Shown here piece after piece: positions 55,396 to 64,000 of a stretch of DNA of 64,000 nt. The stretch covers positions 79,546,001-79,610,000 of the forward strand of contig OX597826.1 of NCBI GenBank assembly GCA_951406725.2, read 5' to 3'. The DNA is from Octopus vulgaris (taxonomy: Eukaryota). The position numbers and the translations under genes were made by a program. The notes under the pieces were generated by a model that saw nothing but the letters and a program-made list of their open reading frames with translations, searched no databases and was not told the origin of the DNA. How positions within the stretch are numbered: the first letter of the stretch is position 1; every line of letters begins with the position of its first letter.

Positions 55396-55456
55396 GTTTG
55401 TATATACATATGTATATATATATATGTATATATATATATGTTTGTATATACATATG

Positions 55457-55516
<60 letters not shown>

Positions 55517-56779
55517 GATGTATGTGTATATATGCACATGCACAAACATATATATACATACATATGTATAGACGCACAATCGTACAGACAGCCATTATCT
55601 GCATTCATTGATCCATAGATATTATAATATGCATTAATTCTTTTAAAATATATTCAGAGGACAATGAATATTGTTGTAACAATTAATGTTTTTTCTTCTT
55701 CTCCTTCTCATTCTTTCACTCTGATCAAGTTTGTATATGAATATATAAGTATATTCACCCTCAACACCGCACGCACACACACACACACGCGCGTGCGCGC
55801 GCATACACACACGCACACACACTCACAAAAACATGAGTGTGAAGTGGAGCGACTGCGTCCAAAATCGTGATGGTGTGTTCGCGTTTGCTATGTATTTTCA
55901 GCACGATTAAGTGTGTTCTTACTTTCCAACGGGTTGTGGATATATCGATGTTGTTGAACAACACGCATCTCGTATATCACCCACGCTCACTTTCAGTGAT
56001 CTGTTCAAAAGAAATGAGTGACTGAATATCAAATTGCTTAACAAGCATTCGTCTTCGGTATGCAATCAAGCATTTAATAAAAAAGAAATTATTCTTGATA
56101 TACTAACTTATACAGTTCTTCGATCTATAGGCTCGAACACGCATGGACATGGGCAAACATAGAAAAGCACGTTAACCGAATTGCAAAAAACAGCAAAGCA
56201 AAACAAAAGAAACAAAAAATGAAGTCAATAATTTCGTATCCATGGAATGAATGCGCGCAAGCGATGATAAAATGGCTGAGGGACTTCTAAGAGTTACTAA
56301 GTTCTACTGGAAATGTTTCCCTTGAGGCAGTGACACATCAACCGAGGCGATACATCGTTTGGAATTTATTTTGATTATGATATGATATGTGCCTAAAAAC
56401 ATGGCACTTACAGGGGCGAACGTTTAATTTGGCAGATCTGCACAACGTCACACACATACACACACACATACACACGTCCATATATAGTTTTTTGTTGAAA
56501 AATCCTTGAATCTAATAAGGTAAATATCCATTCTTTTGTTTCACGTATTTCGTTTCATTTTCTTGGAAAATTCGAAGATTTTCTGTACTTTTATAGAAAT
56601 AAGCCAAGGGACAATTGCTTTAAATCTTGCACAAATCTAATTAATGTTACCAATATGCTATTCCGTACCCTAATAAAAAGTTGTATTCCTATATACATAC
56701 ACGGAAATATACACACACATATATACGCATACATGGTTGCACATATATACATACGTACACATACACGTGCAGACACATA

Positions 56780-56816
<37 letters not shown>

Positions 56817-56822
56817 TCTACA

Positions 56823-56866
<44 letters not shown>

Positions 56867-57082
56867 ACAATTGTACGTATATATATGTATTTAAGTTCAC
56901 GTATATTACTATATAACTATATATATATATATATAATATATATAAATACAGAAATTGTATATCTGTATTTCCTCAAACTTGTGAGCTGTCTGGTACATTA
57001 TCTGAAAATTTTCTTAAGTGTAGAAATTAAAAAATTTGTGCTGCTATTTCTATAATTCGTATGTGGCAAAAATTTATAAGCC

Positions 57083-57119
<37 letters not shown>

Positions 57120-57130
57120 TTGTATGTACG

Positions 57131-57162
<32 letters not shown>

Positions 57163-57163
<1 letters not shown>

Positions 57164-57366
57164 TTCTTTATTGCCAACAGAGGGTTAAACACAGAGGGGA
57201 CGAACAAGACAGACAAACAGATTAAATCGATTACATCGCCCTAGTGCATAACTGGCACTTATTTAATCGATCTCGGCGGAATTTGAACTCATAACGTAAC
57301 AGCAGACGAAATACCACTAAGCATTTCGTCCGGCGTGCTAACGTTTCTGCCAGCTCGACCGCCTTA
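57163..57366 (-). mobile_element. SINE family A (tail type 1), internal deletion
   Basis: homologous to 26235-26466. Confidence 0.85.
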
Positions 57367-57412
57367 TGTATGCATGTATGTATGTATGTATGTATGTATG
57401 TATGTATGTATG

Positions 57413-57442
<30 letters not shown>

Positions 57443-57451
<9 letters not shown>

Positions 57452-57855
57452 TTAGAGATAAAACCACTATTAGGCAAATCAAACAGTGAAAATCATAAGC
57501 CAATACATAGAAATAAAATTAATTTTAAAAATATATAAAAAATATAAAATATAAAATATAAAATTCCAAATTAAAATATTCAAATTAAAGTTAAAATTTT
57601 AAAAATTATTTAAATTAATAATTTAAACTCATTAATTTTAAAAATATATATATAAATATAAATATATATATTTTATTATTATTATTTTATTTTATTTACT
57701 TATTTATTTATTTTTTTATATATATTTTTAAAAATTATATAACTATCAAAAAGTATTAAAAGTTTAATATAAGATAAAGAGTTATTTCTATGTATTGACT
57801 TATGATTTTCATTGTTTGATTTGCCTAATAGTGGTTTTATCTCTAATTTAATATA
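57443..57855. repeat. inverted repeat, 74-bp arms (2 mismatches), 265-bp AT-rich spacer, in (TA)n
   Basis: 57443-57516 vs 57782-57855. Confidence 0.92.
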
Positions 57856-57942
57856 ATATAAATTTATACTATAAAATTAATCCTAAATCTAATTTTTCCC
57901 TGTAAGTTTGGATTTACTCCCTAATGTTATTATTGTTATATA

Positions 57943-57980
<38 letters not shown>

Positions 57981-58272
57981 CATGCGTTTATCTATTTATC
58001 TATCTATCTATCTATCTATTATATCTATCTATCTATCTATATATCTATCAACCTATCAGTCTATCTATGTGTGTATGTATGTATGTATGTATCTATCTAC
58101 ACACATACATCATATAGATATATGTGTGTATTTATACACACACATACACACATACGTATGTATATAAATATGCCTGTATATACACACACGTATTTATATG
58201 CTCTAAGTGATTGAGTAGAACAAATTGCCCTTCTAACCAATCACTATGGATAGATAACGATCTATTCATATA

Positions 58273-58304
<32 letters not shown>

Positions 58305-59034
58305 GACACACACACATATAAATATATATATTTATGTGTATATGTGTGTGTGTGTAGTGAGAGAGAGACGGAGAGAAAGAGAGTGAGGCGAAAAAGCCGG
58401 GGCTATGTCGACAAATAAAGAAGAGCAGCTTTGGAATTGGAAAAATATAAGAAAGAAATGTGTAGAGAAGGCTTTTGCTCTAATCGATATCTTGTGAAAG
58501 AGAAAGGATTCCATCTGCTTCAAAGTAAATAGATTCCCATCATTATTTATATTTCGGATGAATACGAGACAGATATCCGATGCTCAAAATATGATTGCTT
58601 TACTCGTGTAAGCACACACAGGCGCGCGAGCGTAACCACGCGCAAACGCACACAAGGATAGATATAAAAATAGATAAGATTAAGGAACTGACAAATGCTG
58701 TAATATATGTCCGTACCAGTCGCCAGAAATGTGTTTAATGTTTAAAATTGATCTCTACAATAGTGCTACACCGCTAATTGTAGTGGCTATTTAAGCAACG
58801 TGTTCGCGGACAGCCAATAGGTTGGGTCTGGTACTGAAGAAGAAGCAATTACTTCCTAAATATGCATACACACCCATTGCCTATTTTACTCTCGTTGATC
58901 ATACTGTTTACGTAGACGTATTCGTATATGAAACTCCCTAACTTTCAGTGCTGGCTCTAATTTCCAAAAAGGTGATTGACCCGCACTGTTAACCCAGGTA
59001 AAACACAGTAGTGATTTATAATCCTTTAACATAT

Positions 59035-59205
59035 TTTAGTGGTTAGGGCAGCGGACTCAGACCGGGCGTTGTGTGTGTTTATTGAGCGAAAACACCTAAA
59101 AGCTCTACGAGGCTCCGGCAGGGGGTGGTGATCCCTGCTGTACTCTTTCACCACAATGGCGGTGCCCCAGCATGGCCACAGCTCAAGAGCTGAAACTGGA
59201 AAAAC
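59035..59205 (+). mobile_element. tRNA-headed SINE sharing the family B 3' tail
   Basis: TAGTGGTTAGGGCAGCGGACTC head; GGCGGTGCCCCAGCATGGCCACAG..TGAAAC tail. Confidence 0.7.
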
Positions 59206-59394
59206 AAAAACAAAAAACAAACAAACAAATATCATGATTGTACAAAGAAATATGGTCTTCCACCAGTAATACACACACACACGCGCTTGCGCAGATGTAT
59301 GCATTTATATACAATGTATATAATGTATGTATTTATACACAACAGAGTCAAGTTGATAAAAAGAATGCGGTGAAATTGCCGTGTGGAGAGTAAA

Positions 59395-59429
59395 ATTCGA
59401 CGTTTCGGACACGGTCCTTCCTCAAAGGT
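59395..59429 (-). ncRNA. minimal hammerhead motif in a diverged inverted repeat (59346-59620)
   Basis: reverse complement reads TTGAGGA-A-GGAC-CGT-GTCC-GAAA-CG-TC; partner arm keeps CTGAAGA but lacks stem II. Confidence 0.6.
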
Positions 59430-59918
59430 AAAGTTGAAATAAAAAATTGAGAGACAGCAGTGTTTTATATCCTCTAAGTTAAAAAAAAGGAGAAGCAAAG
59501 AGGGTGTAAATTTTGCAGCCGCTGTGATTTCTCCCCTTTTAATTTTTCCTCTGAAGATGGAACGTTGGATTTTCCACTCCTCACAGCAAGTTCACTGCAC
59601 TATTTTATTATCGATTTTACTATAAAGTATGTCATACCAACGCAGAATAACACCAGCCTCATTGGAGACTGTTCGATGATAAACACAGATATTCATCACT
59701 CTCAGAATATGCTTATTTGACGAAATGTAAAATGACCGGAAGCTATTTGCTGTTTTCACCAGTTGATAATAAAGATCAAATTCACCCGAATTCGAGTTCT
59801 CTGTATTATAAAAAGATTTCTATCAACGGATCACGTTGGACTTATCCCTCCTTGTTTATTCTTTTCGGAAATTTTTAAACAACATTAGTAGGTATTGTTC
59901 TTGGAGCTTTTATATATA

Positions 59919-59962
<44 letters not shown>

Positions 59963-59964
<2 letters not shown>

Positions 59965-60180
59965 TTGTGTCTTTGTGTCTGTGTTTGTCCCCCACTGCCA
60001 TAATTTGACAACTGATGTTGGTGTGTTTACGTCCCCACAACTTAGCGGCTCGGCAAAATTTTGTCCGATAGAATAAGTACTAGGCTTATAAAGAATAAAT
60101 CCTGGAGGTCTATTTGTTCGAGTAAAACAACTCTTTAAGGTGGCGCTCTAGCATGGCTGCAGTCTAATAACTAAAACAAG

Positions 60181-60183
<3 letters not shown>
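59963..60183 (+). mobile_element. SINE family B, 3' half
   Basis: GTGTCTGTGTTTGTCCCCC..GAATAAGTACTAGGCTT..GCATGGCTGCAGTC..AAACAAGTAA. Confidence 0.85.
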
Positions 60184-60245
<62 letters not shown>

Positions 60246-60387
60246 AATGGAAAAAGGCATTGTAAATAAATAACAAAAGATGACTTGTACGTATAAGATA
60301 CAGACAGCCTCTAATTCTTCATCAGTTATCAACCAAATTGTTTGTATTCAATTTCGCACCTTTAGTGATAAGACCGAGTGGCTTCCC

Positions 60388-60465
<78 letters not shown>

Positions 60466-61882
60466 TTGTGTATGCATGTTCGAAGACTTGGGCCATAGTT
60501 TTGCATGTAGTTTGATGAAATTTTGAGTGGGTGTAAGGAATACATCACAAGGCACATGACTTCACTAAATAATTTTTCAGAAAATTAAATTTATGAAAAA
60601 TGTCGACTTTGGAAAGAAATTATTTTCTGTTACGAGGAAAGGGAAATAGGGAGACGTGTTGCAGGCTTTGAATAATAATATTTCATACTCTCCACTGCCA
60701 ATATCTCTATGAGAATATGTATATAGAAATAGGAAATTGGTTCTGTAATGACAAATATATATTTTCGATAAACGAAAATTGATCTTACAAATTAAAAATC
60801 TAAGTTGCTGAAAGCCCAAGTATATGTTATTTAAACGTAATAGATGGCAGGACAACAAAATGTTCGTTTTTACGAATATATTCAATTAATTTTATTTCAT
60901 TTCTGCCTCTATGTCACTCATGTATACAATATCCTTTCATTGAATATGCGTATGTATAGATATATATATATGGCTGATTTAATAGCGGGGAAAAACAATT
61001 AGAGCCAAACATATTCTATATTGGTGTTCATTCCATTGCGAATTTGGCGTTTCATTTGTTGCTAGGTTGAACAAAAAGGAGGCGGAAGATTGCGTTAATT
61101 CTCAGGCATGCTTCTTTATGTTTGAGCTATGTGCTTCCTTGAAATTCTGAAGGGAAAAAATCCCGTTGATCATGTCAAAAATGATCAAATAAGTAAACTA
61201 AGTACCTATTTACCGAGAGTCAGGTGTGTGTATATACAAGGACATATATGGGCAGATTTGGGCAATAAGTACACAACTGTAAATTATCATTTATTTATTA
61301 AAGATTATTAAAGGCCTTTCAGAATATCTTCTTCAGCTGGTTAACGACACAACCTGGGTTCGATATATTGTAATCAGGGAAGCGAATGCCTACCATCTGG
61401 AGAGTTGACTTATAGAGATCGTATAGAAATCTTAAATTTATAAAAGGTAAAAGGGAAAAAGTGAAAACTAAATACAGAGGTGTTCATTGCAAAATTTCGC
61501 CAATATATTTTATCAGTTTACAAATGGAAATCTCATTTGGGGCTACTTTGTAACGCGATCTGCTTTTTGCTGAAGCTTTTGTGACTCTTTTTATGCAAAT
61601 GTTCAGTTATCCGTGCAGCAGTTGGCAAATTTCACGAGTCGTCCGCAAAATAGTCATGTTTGTGTTACTGCTTCATGTTTTCTACGTTAGGTATACGAAG
61701 TACAATGAATTCTTGAGATTGTATTTGTTTTACTAATAAACCCAGGTAAGGCAGGTTACTGGGTAACTCTAGCTTGAATACACACATATATGCTAATATT
61801 TGCATGTATATATATATATACATCCGTACAAGTATCATATATATATATATATATATACATACATATATATCTATATATATAC

Positions 61883-61928
<46 letters not shown>

Positions 61929-62670
61929 ACAAGTATCATATATATATACATATATATCTATATCTATATATAAATATACATATATACATATACATATATA
62001 TATATACATACTTGTACTTACATGTGTAATATATATATACATGTGTGTGTGTGTATGTGTGTGTGCACGTATGCATGTTTATATAACTTGGTATTAATGT
62101 GTGAATAAGCACGACATGCAGCCAATTATTCGGAGCCCTGTACGCCTCAGTACACACCTATGCTGATATACACCTAATCGTATGACGTAGATGCACAAGC
62201 CAGAAATTGTAACATCTATTGAGCAGAGATAATGAATAAATAATCAGAGAAAAACAAGGTAGGTTTATTCTAGGAACATCTGTAGCGAACCAGTTCTTTC
62301 TTTTTTTGTTTTTCGTGTTATTTTCTCTGATGAAGTTGTTCACAACAAAACAAGTGGAGGAAGATGCTTTTTAGTACAGACCTCACTTGACACACACACA
62401 CACAAACACGGCTTGCTGACGTCACAAGAATTTTGGCACTTCGAAAACGTGAAATAGTTCTTTTTAGAATAGAAACGGCGAATCTCGAAGCAAATGAATC
62501 TACAAATAATAGCGCGTAAATATTGGATAGAAAAGTAAAAGGCTGTATTTGCTTCGAGATTCACCGTTCCTAAAAGTTGTATATGTAAACACACATGTTT
62601 ATACTTTTTTTATTTGCAGGTTAGGAAGGCTACCACTGATTTCATGCTAAGAGAAGATTTCTTAGCAAAA

Positions 62671-62728
<58 letters not shown>

Positions 62729-62736
62729 GAAATGAA

Positions 62737-63039
62737 GAAAATGCTGACAAAATAATTTAAGTAAGGGAGAGTGTATTTAATTAGGTGAAAGTTCTTTTTA
62801 CCGGTTGCGCATTTGTTATGCTTATCAAAAGATATATTTTTAAGAGAGATAGAGTTCCTTTCTGATAGATTTTTTTCTCTTATCTTTCTCAGATAAGAGA
62901 AAAAAATCTATCAGAAAGGAACTCTATCTCTCTTAAAAATATATCTTTTGATAAGCATAACAAATGCGCAACCGGTAAAAAGAACTTTCACCTAATTAAA
63001 TACACTCTCCCTTACTTAAATTATTTTGTCAGCATTTTC
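62737..63039. repeat. perfect palindrome, 149-bp arms, 5-nt loop, between (TA)n tracts
   Basis: 62737-62885 is the exact reverse complement of 62891-63039; loop TTCTC. Confidence 0.97.
62944..62983 (+). ncRNA. variant hammerhead (U3-A8, A13C); mirror copy on minus strand 62793-62832
   Basis: TCTT-TTGATAA-GCAT-AACAA-ATGC-GCAA-CCGG-TA-AAAAGA. Confidence 0.5.
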
Positions 63040-63093
63040 GTTTCCTTTTTATATATCACAACTCGTGTTCCACATCTCCTTTTTAAATATATA

Positions 63094-63136
<43 letters not shown>

Positions 63137-64000
63137 AAATGAGAGAGGAGAGAGAGAAAGACGAAGTGTGAGAGGAATGGGAGAAGGTTGAGAAAGTATG
63201 ATAAAACAAAATAAGTCTCTGATATTTAAAAGATTTGAATATTTTTATACTTGCAGTTGTTACTAAACTAGTTCCTTACTGTTCCAGGGTCAAAGTTGTT
63301 TCAAGAAGGCACTGAACCTGGCTATTAAATGTGTGTATTACTTGGACTTCTCAAATTTGCATTGATCGGCTGCATATTTTCTGGCGACTGAAAATTTTTG
63401 AGAATGATTATTGCATTACTCCTAAAAAAAAACTATATTTTCAACTTATTCTTCTATCAAATGTAGGCTAATGAAACCCTACCAAAATGGAATCGTAAAT
63501 TTGTTCATTGCATTCTTGGCGCCGGCGCCATAAACCCCAAATTTAAAAGACGATTATAAAATGGTCCTATGGTATTTAAAATAAAGTCATCTGCCGTTTG
63601 GATTCATTTATACTAAAATATCGCTTTCTGAAAATCCTACCCCCCGTGTAGTATTACAATTAGCGGCCCGAACAATATGACAGTAATGGACATGACAATA
63701 ATTACTTCTGTAGGAATTTTTATAAATTCCTGTTGGGTCATAAAGGACAGTTGCGCACTGATCGCCGCCTCCAAAGGAAGATATGCAATCATGGAGTGGG
63801 GGGATCTTGTGCGTTTGTTGATCCTTGACACTCTTTAAAATACGATTTGCACAGGACGTCGGTTTTTATAGAAATGAAGGCCTGGTAATTTCGTGCACAA
63901 TTACTGGATACACAAATTTAGAATAGACTTACTAGACAAAATGTTGGGCTAATATCTAACTATTTGTAAAAGCCGAATGATAGTTAACTTTGTAGTATTA

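Noticed and set aside
63637-63831. 64-aa minus-strand ORF with hydrophobic C-terminus
   Set aside because: Non-ATG start, no recognisable family, no clear acceptor site.

Overview
AT-rich eukaryotic non-coding DNA (intronic or intergenic). I could not support any intact host protein-coding exon, and almost every ORF in the supplied track is a microsatellite translation. The SINE families and the dense (TA)n/(TATC)n/(CA)n tracts resemble those of coleoid cephalopods (Octopus-like). That assignment comes from repeat recognition, not a database search. Contents: about 25 tRNA-derived SINE copies in at least three families, two decayed mariner transposons with TIRs and TA TSDs, several MITEs, one non-autonomous Helitron, and fragments of CRE-, R4/Dong-, CR1- and probably L1/Tx1-type LINEs. 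The most striking signal is at least a dozen minimal type I hammerhead ribozyme (HHR) motifs with palindromic stem III, the form known from Penelope-like element pseudo-LTRs. They belong to about 9 sequence-unrelated small elements, often arranged as fold-back inverted repeats next to (TA)n tracts. They include core variants (A6U in four copies; U3-A8 covariation) and a TSD-flanked element joining a tRNA-like Pol III head to a hammerhead. All structures were paired by eye; no folding or search was run.
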